DNA of 63,467 nucleotides, filler included, from Vannella sp. (lineage: Eukaryota), in assembly GCA_023345925.1 (NCBI GenBank). It is 7 parts of 7 records of this genome, joined end to end, with 100 filler letters (N's around TTAATTAATTAA, not from the genome) between each part and the next. Parts side by side here need not be neighbours in the genome. Positions count along the whole stretch, not along the records: positions 39,731 to 47,117 come from JAJQQN010000391.1; positions 47,218 to 54,462 come from JAJQQN010000237.1; positions 54,563 to 60,098 come from JAJQQN010000704.1; 4 more parts are not named here. One strand, written 5' to 3'. The notes below the pieces were generated by a model. That model searched no databases. It was given only the letters and a program-made list of their open reading frames with translations, and was not told the origin of the DNA. Below are positions 42,701-56,991 of the stretch, piece by piece; position 1 is the first letter of the stretch, and each line of letters begins with the position of its first letter. The position numbers and the translations under genes were made by a program.

Positions 42701-45700
42701 GTCAGCATTTCTTCCGACTGGAGGAATGAATACGAAAGCCTCTTGTTTGTTCAGCAGAGTCGAGAGCATGAGGCGCACGTTAGGAGGGAAGTCAGTGATT
42801 GGCAAATGCCCAATAATCTGTTGAAGTTCCAACAGAGGCTTGCGAACAATCTGAGCACTATCTGGTCCAAATATTAGCAGGAAGTGATGGGCCTTACAAA
42901 ACTTGATGATGATTTCCAGACCATTAATGATGTAATTCGTGGCCCGTTTAACAATTGACTTATCTTTTGGAGCTGCTTTGGCCAGTTTGACAACAGAACC
43001 AAATAGAAGAGCCCAATTCAATGAATTGTTCAGCAGATCTTCAACGAAGGGGAAGAAGTTCTCAAGAGTGGGGCCAAAGTTTTGTTTCGAGTCAAATTGA
43101 CATTTCAAGAACCGTCTTTTGATACTTTCCACGTTTTCTGTCTCAATTTCTCTTCTCTGCTTAGAATAATTGGTTTCCTCAGAGTTTTGATCATTGACAG
43201 CGGTAACACCAAATTTCAATGTTTCAGGATAAGGTGTTAACTGTGGCCAGTCATCACGAGAAACTCTATCACATGTTCCTGAATCCGTGATATTCAGTAG
43301 AGAACGCATCAGACAGTAGTTTCCAACATTAGAAATCTTGCGACGTTGTGGATTCAAAAGTGGGAGACCAAACAGCAACGTATCGCATGCCTTCATGGTT
43401 TCTTCGTTATTCCAACATGCCACCATTGACTTCAAAAGAGAGCCAAGTTGAGAGTAACTTCTGGGGCGATCGTTGCTGATAAAGCCTACGGCCTTGGCCA
43501 GTGGCCTTAGTTCTGGAATTACATTCGCACACTCAGATAGGATGTTTACTGAGAATTGAGAGAGATCTTTACTCTCTTCGAGTATCTGCGTGCGATTCAC
43601 CGGGGGGGTTCGATTGGGTTCCAGTCCAAAGAACTTGAACAGTTTCATCAAAGTCGAGAATTTTGGAAGTGGCAACTCTCTGATCAAATCTCCAAGATCC
43701 CTTATGAAAGACAAAAATGGTCCTGGTAATTCCATGTGGCTTGGAAGGAAGAGTGCTTCCAGAAGGATAAGGTAGTTTTTGAGAGAGGGAAACAAGTCGA
43801 CATTTCTGATAACATCGATAGGAACACTTTGGAGACTACAATGCGAGTGACAGGCCAGCGCTATTCCTTCATAAAGTTTAGCGTTGTTGTCTCTGCCAAA
43901 AACTTTCTTGAAAAGCTTCATTAGCTGTTTAGGCAACGCAATGTCCAAAACTTCTAAAATTTCCACAAAATTCTCCACACTGGAGGGTAGGCAAGTCGGT
44001 TTGCGCATTAGTCTTTGAGCTACATTTGTGTGTTTGAGACCGATGACTTTCTGGAGATGTGAAAGTTGTTCCAGACGCGATCCGTTCTTCAGGAGGAAAA
44101 GCTCTTTGACAATTGTTTGAAGTGATTCTGGAAGGCAACGGTCAAAGATCGTTTCAAGAGTTGAAACATTGTTGAGATCGGGGACCTGGGGATAGAAGAG
44201 AATGTCAAGGAATGCTTGCTGGGCATTTGATCGGTTCTGCAAAGTTTTTAGAAGGTGAGCTGAAAGGAGAGCAGTGTCAGATTTCATTGGAATCGTAGCC
44301 ACTGTGACGAGTGAACATATTTCAGAGTTTGCATCAGTCCTCCTCGAGATAATTCGATGCAGACTTTTCATTTCTGAGGGCATTTCGCTCTCCTTTTGCA
44401 AGAAGCAAAAACCTACCCAGTTCTCCACATCCAAAGTGAGTATTTCAGTAACCGACTGATAGAGAGAGCTATCAACACAAAGCGACTTGACAAGCAGCAA
44501 GAAAAGAGGGACTGATTCAGGATTCTGTTTCCAGTCACAGTATTTCCTGAGGGATTCTGAAAAGGTTGGCCATGAGATGGAGATGTTGTGTGAGGACACC
44601 TTGTGCAAGAGTTCGCACAATTGCTGTGCATCTTCGAACAAGTTTGATTCCTCGGATCTCTCGGAACAAAAGACTTCTTGCAACCTCTTCATTGTCTGAA
44701 TGGTGTTGTGGCTCCTACCATTCAAAATCTTGCGCCACATGATTAGATTTAGATGCAGCTCCTTGCACTCAAAGAACGATGCAACAGATGCTGGTTTTCG
44801 AGGATGTCCTTTCAGAGTTGCAGCACTACAAGTTTTTGTTTCAAGTTGATTTCTCAACTTATGTGCCTCTTTAACGTTAGCCTCCGCAAAGATCGAGTCC
44901 ACCAGCAGTAGGTACTCATCAACTGCGAGCAAGGGAAGTTGCTCCAGGTGGGTGTCTTCAATCTCTTTGGGAATGTTGGCGACTACAAGGAGCTCGACTT
45001 TCTGAGGTACGATTCTATTCTTGGCTTCAAGTTGCCACAACTTGCTGGTGCACTGAATCGTCTCCGTTGAATCAAAGAAACCAGGAACAGATCTCTTTCC
45101 TGTGAAGTTAATCGTAACTTTTTTGCCAAAAAGGCTCGTGTCCCCTCGTTTTGGATCGACCAAGGAAAGCCCCTCCCGAAGAGGAATCTTTGTGTTGCCG
45201 ACGCTGACTTCTAGAATCTCAATAAGTGGTGGATAGATTCGGAGCTCTTCAGGAATATCGATTAAGCGCGTAACCAACTTTCCATTCAATATGATGTCCA
45301 ATTCAAATGACTCCTGTCCCTCTTTGATTGGAATTGTGAGCTCGATCATCTTACTTATTCCCAAATAGTATGCGAATTTGTTGCAGCGTGTTGCAGCGCG
45401 TAACTTGACAACACCAATTTCATGAGGAAGACCAAGATCAAGTTTGGTGCGAGATTGAATGTGAAGTTGAACCTTCAAACTTGGAGTCCCCTTCTTTGAG
45501 TGGCTTTGAGCGGGCAGCTTAAACGATAAGGTGTGTTCGCCAGTTTCGTAAACATGAGTGGAGCAGCTCAATTTGAAAGATTGAAAAGGTGTTCCTCGAG
45601 AGCTCTCCACTCGAAATTCTATGTCATTTGAAATTTTTCTCTTCCCTCCATTCAGTTGAAGTAAATGCCCAGATGTGACTATCATAATCTCTCCATCGGA

Positions 45701-47117
45701 GTGAGGCGGTAAGAAGATCTGTTTTGGCTGACACATAATGCCACTTTCTGACAGTCTTTCATCGGATTGCACAACACAGGCAATTTTCTGCGAGTTACGG
45801 AATGTCAAGATCGTGTCGTTTGTCCTCTTCACATTCCTTGCAGTGGGGGTGAGGTAGAATTTAGAATATTTCCCTAGTGGATCCTCGCCGCATAACAGAT
45901 CAATCTGAGGCTCCATTGATTCACCTTGGACCTGAACTTTTTCTTCCGCTTGACCGGACCGAAAGACGATTTCCCCTTCAAACCGGGTGGCTCCTGTTCC
46001 GCTGGCTGTAAGCTTGAAAGTAACTACTCCGCTACGATAAGCTTCAATGGTATATGAAGGGAGGTCACTGGTGAGCACGAGCCCCAAATCATCAGAGCTG
46101 ATTTCGCATGAGATTTTCAGAGGAAGTCTGCATGTGTTCGTCAGCGTCACAAATCGTGTGTTGAAACTTTCCTCCTCAGCTTCCACAGCTCCCATGTCGA
46201 GTTTAGAGCAGGAAACATCAAAGGAAGGAGAAAAGAATCGAGCCTGCAAATCGATAGTAACCTTTTGATTCTTCTTCCGTGCTTCATCCTGAATTGAAAT
46301 TTTAAAGCAAGACTCGAGAGAGCCTTCCTGCCTTTTAGGCGAGAATGTAAACTTAGCTTTTCCACGATTGGGAACCACGATTTCCCGTTCGGTCGAAGAA
46401 ATGCTGGTTTCTGCTTGGATGATCCCTTCACAGGCAAAACTAATTGAGAAGAATCCCTGATCACATGAACAGGCTCCAGATAAGCGAATAGTCTCTCCGC
46501 TATTATTGATAACGGTAAGCTCTTGGGACCGATTTGTACCCTTCAATTGCTCCCCAAAGTTGATGAAATAAGTTGATTCTGAAGGAACGATAGCTTCCAG
46601 AACCTCTAAATAACTGTTGGGGGGAAGAATTGAGATTTCTCCCAGCGCTTTCCAGATCAATGAGGAGTGGTTTGTTAGCTCACCAGTCGACTTTGCTTCG
46701 CCCAATTGTTCTTGTTGAGAGAGTAGCTTCTTCTTGAATTTGAGGAATTCTCGTAGCCCTTTCACCTGTTCCCGCAGCAGAAAATTTTCAGGCCCTGGAA
46801 CGATTGTCTGTTTCAGCCAAGAGAAACGAAGTTCACAAAGGATTGATAGGAGCTCTGATGAGACATAGTAATCTCCGTAGCAAAAGTGGGCCAAGATCTG
46901 GATGAAGAATTTGGCCACTTCCCTATAAAGTTCCTCGACTGCACTGATATGTCTGCCTCGCTCCTTACGAATTTCCGTGAATGGTTTCAACAGAGAATTC
47001 TCTCCTGGAGCTTCTCCTTTCAGTGAACAAAGCTGGAGCTGCCTTATGTACTCAACAAGATTGTTGAGAGATCGATCGACTTCACGCCAAGCAAACTGAG
47101 ATGCTTTTTTGGTGGCA
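39731..47117 (-). CDS. Internal part of a giant protein: Ig-like (ASH/PapD-like) beta-rich region, helical region, four vWA/MIDAS domains
   Basis: One frame is open across the entire 7.4-kb contig. MIDAS starts: VLVDNSRSM (~42130), IALDTSLSV (~41050), FCIDVTGSM (~40350), FVIDQSKSM (~39760). Confidence 0.8.
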
Positions 47118-47217
47118 NNNNNNNNNNNNNNNNNNNNNNNNNNNNNNNNNNNNNNNNNNNNTTAATTAATTAANNNNNNNNNNNNNNNNNNNNNNNNNNN
47201 NNNNNNNNNNNNNNNNN
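47118..47217. other. Artificial contig linker
   Basis: N44-TTAATTAATTAA-N44. Confidence 0.97.
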
Positions 47218-47892
47218 GCCGTTTCAGCTGCTCAGACTGTGGCAGAGTTTCAGAAGGCAACAATTGCGAGAATTTGGACTTGGAACCAGTTCGAATGCCT
47301 TCAATAAGCTCTCTTTATGAGACCAAACTGGAGCACCTTGACATGATCTCAAATGCTCTGACTCTCTATCAGCAATATGTGACTTGTCAAGGGGACTATG
47401 CCGGGCTTACTTTCCGACCTTCAACTTACCGCAAGTCGCCAGAACTTCAATTCGTCCCTGTTAACATGCAACAGCAGTACATGGAAGTCGCAGAGGACGA
47501 CAAATTCACAAAACCCATTTGCCAGTTCACTCATGTTACATTTGGAGCTCCAGCTGCCCACTTTTATCGCTTCAAGAACGGCAATGGCATTCGGCAACTC
47601 CTCGAACAGCGGACAAAACTAGAAGAAGCTCTCTCAGGGTCTGAGTGGTGATCTTCAGGAATAGTAAGCCAACTCTCCCATAACAGTTTCTGAATTGACG
47701 ATTTCCCAAGGCTTCTAGATGTCAACGAAGAGGTCCAGAGGCGCGTTGATGTTTGCTTGCCTCATGCAGTTGCTGGTTTGGTCACTGCTTTGGCACAGAA
47801 ACTCTCTTCGATTCCTCCCATGGAGTATTTAGAGCAGCTATCCAGTTGTGGTCTTTTAGTGCAATTCGAGTGCCTTCTAAGCACACATGGAG
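47218..47892 (+). pseudogene. Internal fragment of inositol polyphosphate 4-phosphatase (INPP4-like), ending before the catalytic domain
   Basis: 'LQFVPVNMQQQ..VTFGAPAAH..F' and 'RRVDV..GLLVQFECLLSTHG' are INPP4 blocks; no CKSAKDRT follows before the dUTPase gene. Confidence 0.7.
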
Positions 47893-48015
47893 GGGTGATG
47901 CCAATGGCTCCCTTTGAGGCATACTTCTGCTTGGCGCTGCCTTTGCGCGACTTTTTAACGTTCTCCACCGTGCATCGAGTTGAGTCTGCAATTGGCACAC
48001 TTACACTTTCCAGTC

Positions 48016-48050
48016 TCGCAAAAGTTGCGATTCGACCGCAAAAGTTGCGA
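48016..48050. promoter_or_regulatory. Two copies of palindromic (T/C)CGCAA-AAG-TTGCGA, 20 bp apart
   Basis: tcgcaaaagttgcga ttcga ccgcaaaagttgcga upstream of dUTPase. Confidence 0.5.
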
Positions 48051-48143
48051 CAAAACACATAATAGTTTGATTGATGGGCCAAACCTAAATTAGTCCACAA
48101 AATGGAAAAGGCGGGAAGATCATTTCGTCACCCCGTGATCTCG

Positions 48144-48674
48144 ATGGCGCTGTTGGTGAAGAAGCTCTCCGAAAAGGCCACTCTCCCATTCCTCGCTTCC
48201 ATAGGCTCTGCAGGATACGATCTGAGTAGGTAAGTGAACCAGCAAACGTTCATGGAGCTCCAGAGACATCTACTCAAGCTGTTGTAAAGCGCCGAAACAG
48301 TCGTTGTTCCACCCAGAGGAAAGGCATTGGTCAAGACTGACCTTGCTGTCGTCATCCCCGAGGGTCACTACGGTCGAATTGGTAGGACTAGTCACAAGCC
48401 CCAAGCAGGATACTAACAAGCCTCAGCCCCTCGTTCTTCTCTGGCCTGGAAGAACTCCATCGACGTTGGCGCTGGTGTAATCGACTCAGACTACCGTGGG
48501 AACGTGGGAGTGATCCTTTTCAACTTCAGTGACGAACCATTCCACATTCAAGAGAAAGACCGAATCGCCCAACTCATTCTGGAACGCATCTCGACCTTGC
48601 CCGTTCAGGAAGTTACAGATCTCGATGATACCCAACGAGGGGCGGGTGGCTTTGGTTCTACTGGCAAAAACTAA
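48144..48674 (+). CDS. DUT: Trimeric dUTPase; introns 48230-48289 and 48382-48426; alternative in-frame ATG at 48102; absent from the ORF track
   Basis: Spliced product has all five motifs: [39 protein letters not shown]. Confidence 0.93.
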
Positions 48675-48680
48675 TCTCTT

Positions 48681-50720
<2,040 letters not shown>

Positions 50721-50762
50721 CTATTAACATGCCATTGAGAGGGGCCAGAGAGGGCGAGGCGC

Positions 50763-51825
50763 ATGGCTTTGCGGGACTTTTGCAAGGATCTCCCCAAGGT
50801 GGAACTTCATGCCCATTTGAATGGGTCTGTGCCTTTAGCTACTCTGGAGAGGCTTGCTAGAGAGCAAGGGGTTGATGGGGACTCTCGCCGCTTCTTCTTG
50901 GGGGAGAGAGGAACTCGTTCACTCGCGGAATGCTTCAAGCTCTTCGAGTGGGTGTACCAACTGACACAGACAGACGAAAGCATCTATCACGTTACTAAGG
51001 ATGTGATTGCTTCCTTTGCTAGTGACAACGTCATCTACCTCGAACTACGGACGACACCAAAGGACAACGCCATAACAGGGAGGACAAAGCAGTCTTACAT
51101 CGATGCTGTGATCCGTGCTATCGATGAGTGCAATGCAGATGCCTCTCTTTCGATAACAACCCGTCTCATACTCAGTATTGATCGCACCTCGTCCTTGTAA
51201 GCTTCGAAAGGACCACTCCCGTACCTACTGACTCCAAGAAAGAGAGGTTGCGCTGGACACAGTGGACAAAGCGATCGCCAACAAAGATAGAGGTGTCGTG
51301 GGCTTGGATTGGTGCGGGAACCCAGAGAAGGGCTCCTTTCACCACTTCCAAGAGGCCTTCCAAAGAGGAAGGGATGCTGGACTGAAGTGTACCATCCACT
51401 TTGGGGAGATCAGCGAACCTCAAAATGCCCGAAACATAGTTGCCTTCCGTCCTGAACGTGTAGGACACGCAACAGTCCTCGAGGAAGACGTCATTCAGGC
51501 ACTCCACAGTAACCCCATCCCTATCGAGATCTGCTTCACCTCCAATCTTCTGTGCAAGACAGTCTCTGAGGGCACCTTACATCACTTCAAAGACTATCAC
51601 GCACTCACCCCTCGCTATCCCCTCGCTGTGAGCACGGACGACAAAGGAGTTTTTGACTCCGAGCTATCCAACGAGTACTTTCTCCTTGCTGAAACCTTCT
51701 CCCTCTCTGCGCTAGATCTCTACCAACTCTCTCAGACCTCCATCGAGCTCATCTTTGATACATCAAGGAAAGAAGAGCTCCGCCAACACCTTTTCCAGTT
51801 TGGTCAAAAACACTCTCTGGTGTGA
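50763..51825 (+). CDS. ADAL: Adenosine deaminase-like protein (ADAL/MAPDA), intron 51197-51242
   Basis: 'LPKVELHAHLNGS', 'YLELRTTP', 'HFGE', 'RVGHA', 'STDDKGVF'. Confidence 0.88.
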
Positions 51826-52031
51826 CCAAACCAAAACAACTTCCAGGAAATCTTTTTCAGCGCTCGCTATTTTTCTCTGCCATAAAAGAACCAACTTGGG
51901 GAACCAACATTATTTTACTTCACCCCTCCAAATCCCTTCTGGAAGATATGGGTGTTCAGATTTGCGACAACATGATTGGCTGCGATTCATTTTATCCGGA
52001 GCCTTCCTGGACGACATCGTTCTGTGACCAG

Positions 52032-53654
52032 ATGGTACTTTCAAGTATCGCAGAGACAAGCTCCACAATGGAAGACCACTTCCTCGCACCTGGTGCACTG
52101 AACGACCCACAGGTTTTGCAGCAATACCTTTCTTCTATTCAAGAACAGGAAGCTGGCCTCAAGCCACAACAGACTATACCCCTCTATCCCTGGGGTTGGG
52201 GAGGCCCAGAGAACATGAACATGAATGCATACAGTCAGCTAGCGTATCCCATCCAACCGTATGGGTCCTTGCCCACGCCCTTGCCCCTCCCCCACTCCCA
52301 TACCCAACAACACTACCACTTCATTGACCTCACTCCTGATACGCAAGTTGACTGTCACCCAGCGTCCCCGTCGCAGCCTAGCCCAACTAGCAGCCCGATG
52401 AAGCGCCAACGAACCAGCTCTTTGGTGGATCGAACGATTGATATGGAGAAGAGTCGTCAAGCACAGCAGCGACGCCGTGACAGCCGGGGAAAGTTCCTAC
52501 GCAACGAAGTAGCCAATCGTCTGGAAGGTAAGATTCTGGGTTGCCCGAAGTGTTCTCGTTTCTCACCATGGAGACAGACTTGGAACAACAACTGGAGGAA
52601 CGAGAGGTGTTCTGTGAGTCCCTGAGAAGCACATTAAGCCAGAAGGATGCTGAGTTGGAGGCGCTGAAGCAGCACTTCCAACAACTGCTTAGCCAGAGAA
52701 CTGCTGCAGCTGGGTTCCTTCATCCAACGCAGTATGCACCTCAGTCACTTTGTCCTCCTGTCCAAACAGGTCGTCCGTTCATGATGAATCCCTCTCCCAA
52801 CCCGGCCCCCCTTCCGGACCGGAGGCCTTTCATGGAGAAGATCGACTACTCGAAGATCCAACTGCGCAAGACAGACCAACTGGATGGTACGTTTCATCTT
52901 GATCATGGCGAGCTCCTCTAACAAATGCCTGCGTAGGGGAGAAACGCGAAGTTCTTAGCTCTCAAGAACAATGGGAGGAGCGCCAACGGTTTCAGCAATT
53001 CATGGCGAAGATGTCTCAGGAGGCTCAATGGCAGGCTTACCAGTTCCAAGCCACTTCTGCTCCAGCACCTCACCCGTACTACGGCGGAGCTCCCAACAAC
53101 ATCTACCCCGAGACGCAGAACAAAGTCGGGAACCTTCCCGTTCCTGCCTTTACCACCAAGATTGATCTCTCTAGTAGTCGAAGCAAGCTAGCAAAGACGA
53201 AGGGTGAGTCCAATCCATCTTCTTGTAACGTCCATCATCTAACGTGCCTACAGAGGAAGGGCTTCTCTGGGACGAGGAAAGCCTTGACATATTCGATTCC
53301 AAGCCTCACACACCTTCTAACACTGCAGAAGACGTCTTCTCTTTCTCACATGACTTCCCAGACTTCGACTTTGGAGAACGGCTACACGAACCGCCGTCTC
53401 CTCTGAGGAGTCAGCCAGTTTGGATCCCCGACAATAGTAGAACTCGAATTGCTTCCTCTCCTCCGACTCGGGACGCCTCTCCGCGCACTCGCAGCCGCTT
53501 GTTAGGAGGACCTCCCAGCAACATTTACCCGCCCCCAGAGAAGATTGGAAACCTCCAAGTCCCTGCCTTCACAACCAAGATCAACTACACTGAGGTCCCT
53601 CTTCGCCGAACGGAGGGTCGAGACCTTCCCCTCCTTGAGAGGCCTGATCTGTAG
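52032..53654 (+). CDS. Uncharacterised 4-exon protein: Pro/Gln-rich region, basic RRRDSRGKF motif, coiled coil, three WH2-like repeats (start uncertain)
   Basis: ORFs 51822, 52541, 53002 and 53244 join in frame through GT-AG introns. Confidence 0.6.
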
Positions 53655-53775
53655 CTACATTCCCACCAGCGGACGCCTTCCCTTTGTATGAAGTATAAGT
53701 CTTCGTGGACTTCTTCAAGTAGAGCCTACGAGTGACACGTAAGCAAGCGATTGCATACACCTCCAACTCTTCTTT

Positions 53776-54462
53776 CTAGCCGTTTATTGAGATCGGGGAC
53801 TGGATTGGTATCAGAGTGAACAAGCCGCCCTTGCTCTTACGAGCAATGTGCCAGCTTCGCACTGAAAGGGCCAAGAGAAGGCCTCCGACAACAAAGACAA
53901 CAAAGCCAACGACGAGTTCGCCCAAGAGAATGATGACACCCAATGTCATGGGGGTTTGAAGCAGGAAGCTGAAGGAGAGTAGTCCAAGTGGTGCGTAGAC
54001 TTCTCTCATCTGATTGCAGGTCCTCCCATCATTACAATCAGAGAGAGGAATGCTGGGGAGGAACCACGTCTTGCACATGCGGCATATTCCTGCCACGCAG
54101 ACTCCCTCCCACTCCACAACAATAGGAGCATCATTATCATCATATCTATGCGAATGAGGGAGGAACACTGGCCACTCGAGGCGACTTACAGGACGTTCCC
54201 GCAGAATGCAGTGTCGTTTACACCCTTCATAAGCTTCATTGGCTTATCTAAAGCAGTGTCACAGTTCCTCCCAATGATGCTCTCTTCATATGCCCTGCAA
54301 AAGCCGTACTGAGCCTGCACAGGCGTCAGAGGAAGCTTCTACCTTAGTGACCTTGACAGACTTACGTCTGTGGGGGAGGAGACACAGTACTCGCCAGGTG
54401 AACAGGAGCAATGTGACTTGCTTGCTCCGGGAGGACACTCTCGACAGATCTGGCTGATGCAA
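53776..54462 (-). CDS. Cys-rich protein with C-terminal transmembrane helix (3' part, multi-exon)
   Basis: 'CISQICRECPPG..CSCSPGEYC', 'CVAGICRMC..CNDGRTC', then a hydrophobic helix and basic tail. Confidence 0.55.
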
Positions 54463-54562
54463 NNNNNNNNNNNNNNNNNNNNNNNNNNNNNNNNNNNNNN
54501 NNNNNNTTAATTAATTAANNNNNNNNNNNNNNNNNNNNNNNNNNNNNNNNNNNNNNNNNNNN
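54463..54562. other. Artificial contig linker
   Basis: N44-TTAATTAATTAA-N44. Confidence 0.97.
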
Positions 54563-54653
54563 ATTGTAGAATTTCTTTCCGATAAACTCAGTTAAATATA
54601 GTAAAACCGACCATTTTGCTCATTCTAGAATTTCTTTTCCGATTTACTCAGTT
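54563..54653. repeat. Imperfect ~31-bp direct repeat x2
   Basis: attgtagaatttctttccgataaactcagtt (54563) and attctagaatttcttttccgatttactcagtt (54622). Confidence 0.7.
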
Positions 54654-54951
54654 TGATCAGGCCTGAGGTAATCTCAAAGCCTTCGAGCGAAGAAGGGAAT
54701 AAATGCTTTAAATCAGATGAAACCCCAGAAAACCCCCTTCAAGGAATGCCCGATCCAAAGAGTTACTCGTTCTTCTCTCCGTCGGCATTTCGTCGTACTC
54801 TTCTTCTCTTCAGTCTCGACCAAGGGAGAAGTAGCGATGAGCTCACGGTGGAAGTAAATGATAAGCAAGCAAGGAGGCAGAAAGGGTGTGCTACACCTTC
54901 TTTATCCACCTCGCTAGTACTTGAAAGAAGAGGAAAATCGGGACGTAGTCA

Positions 54952-55440
54952 ATGTGAGGCCAATGTGAATGCTCCTGGCTCCGTAAGTTTGGTATCGTGG
55001 CGTACTCGGAAGGGATAACTTACCCTTCGGTGTCCCTCCATCAGGTGTAAAACAACGTCCAGCTCGCGTTCATTGACTCCTTCTACGAACAAGGAGGGTA
55101 GGCACCTACCAACTCAAATCTACACCACTAGCAATGGTTCTAAGACATGTGGCATCACTCTCGGGGACGATTTGCTGCAAAGTGAGACAGAATGGAGGAC
55201 CGTTTAGGGTCGGAGCTCAATCCCCCCTTTGGGGGTTCAGTACCCTCTCACTCCTCCCTCTTCGGTGTGTCCTTCCTCGATGCCATCTACTTCTTCGACT
55301 CCAAGAAATCAGACGGATCCCTCTATGACCCTCAAACGAACTTCGAGACGGTCCTTTGTGTGAACTGCCCTAGTGTGGCTGGATTCTATCCAGTAGGCGA
55401 TTCTCTTGTCTTCTCCTGCTCTCTCTGCACTCCACAGTAA
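54952..55440 (+). CDS. Hypothetical small spliced Cys-containing protein
   Basis: Splice-like gtaagt/gtaggc donors and a terminal open frame 'GSELNPPFGG..VFSCSLCTPQ*'; structure unresolved. Confidence 0.25.
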
Positions 55441-55721
55441 CTCCAACACTGCCATCGTCGTTCTCCTTCATATCCTTTGGACTGGCCAAGTCCATCTGGG
55501 CAGAATAAAGGCGCTTAGCTACCGAGAACCCTCTCATATGAACCTAACAAGTTCAGTGTACATCTCTGAACTGAAGAGGGGTATCAAGAAGCGCTTTCCT
55601 CCTGCGTGGAGTGACTTGCCTCCTCATCCCTCCCTCAAAAGGGCCTTCTGGTCGTCGCCTTCGAGTACTCTGATCCGTTAGGAGTTACTGGTCAGATAAG
55701 CTCATTCTTGGTCATTCTGAG

Positions 55722-56922
55722 ATGGGCTGGAGCGCGTGGCTGGTGCTGGCGGCGGTGGTGGTGATGGCGAGTGCGAAAGTCATTGACGTGCGGGATCCAG
55801 GGTTCGCTCTGATGGGCAGACATTCTATCTTTGTGGAGGGAGATGGAGCTCGGATGGAGTACGACTGGCCCGGTGTGGAGGTTCGCTTTACAGTCAGTGG
55901 AACGCAGAGGTTTGTAAAAAGGACGTTCTGGAGCGAGAGTAACACCAGAGAGTAGCGTCGTACTTCTCCTAGAAGGTAGTGGTAACTACTACAACGTCTT
56001 CGTGGACGGGGAATGGCTCCAATTGATCGAAACAAGTGAAGGAACCCGCTTTTACCCTCTCTCCCGTACCCTCTCGCCTTCTGGCCGCTACTCTTTCATC
56101 TTGAACAAGAGAACTGAGGCCATGAGCAGCTCTAACCCTGAGATCTTCCGCGGTGTCCAAGTGGACGCAAACGGGCACTTGCTCCCTCAGACACCCTCCA
56201 AGAGGAGACTGGAAGTCCTTGGTGATAGTGTCTCCGCTGCATATGGTATCTACACAAGTGAGGAGCAGCAAAGAACGTGCTATGATGACTGGAGGACACA
56301 GGAAGACAGCTGGGCTTCCTATGGACGACAAGTTGCCCTCAAACTCAACGGTCAGTGCCTCTATCCTGCCTTTCCTCCATCTCTGATCTTCCCATAGCGG
56401 ATGTCAACATTATAGCTGCTTCAGGGCTTCGCCTTAGCTATCAGGAAGGCGATGGATGGGGTCTTCCCATTCCAATGCGTTTCAATTGGACTCTTGGAGT
56501 CCAATCCACGCCTGTTTGGGACTTTCAACGCTTTGTGCCACAAGGTGTTATCATCAATCTGGGTACAAATGACTATTGGCACGGAGTAGAACCAGCGTAT
56601 TTCAGAGAGTCCTACCAGAACTTCCTCTCTGACATCCGCAGTGTGTATGGGAACCAAGTGACCTTCTTCCTTCTATGTGGGCCAGCTCCTCAAGCTGAGC
56701 CTGGCTGCGCTTTGATTAAGCAACTGGCACAAACAGAACCGAAAGCTCATTATCTTCATCTTGGTCAGGACTTCAGCCCAGAAGACTTTGGAGTGAGTGC
56801 ATGCACTTCTTTCGAACCCGAGACTTATTCTGTGACAGTGTGGCATCCATCCGAGTGCTTCCGGTCACTTGAAAATTACGAATGCCTTGACTCCAATCAT
56901 TTCGTCAGCGCTTGGTTGGTAG
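55722..56922 (+). CDS. Secreted SGNH hydrolase, carbohydrate esterase family 2-like, multi-exon
   Basis: Signal peptide; CE2 N-domain 'WPGVEVRF..KRTE'; blocks 'LGDSVSAAYG', 'AASG', 'INLGTND', spliced 'GCGIHPS'. Confidence 0.8.
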
Positions 56923-56991
56923 GCTCTTTGTCATACCGTGCCAGGCTGGCCTTTGAATGTAGTAACTTGTTGGATACACGTTTTAGTGAAC

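Noticed and set aside
54563..54653. CRISPR-like repeat-spacer-repeat (31/28/32 bp)
   Set aside because: Only two imperfect copies at a contig edge, no cas genes, eukaryotic context
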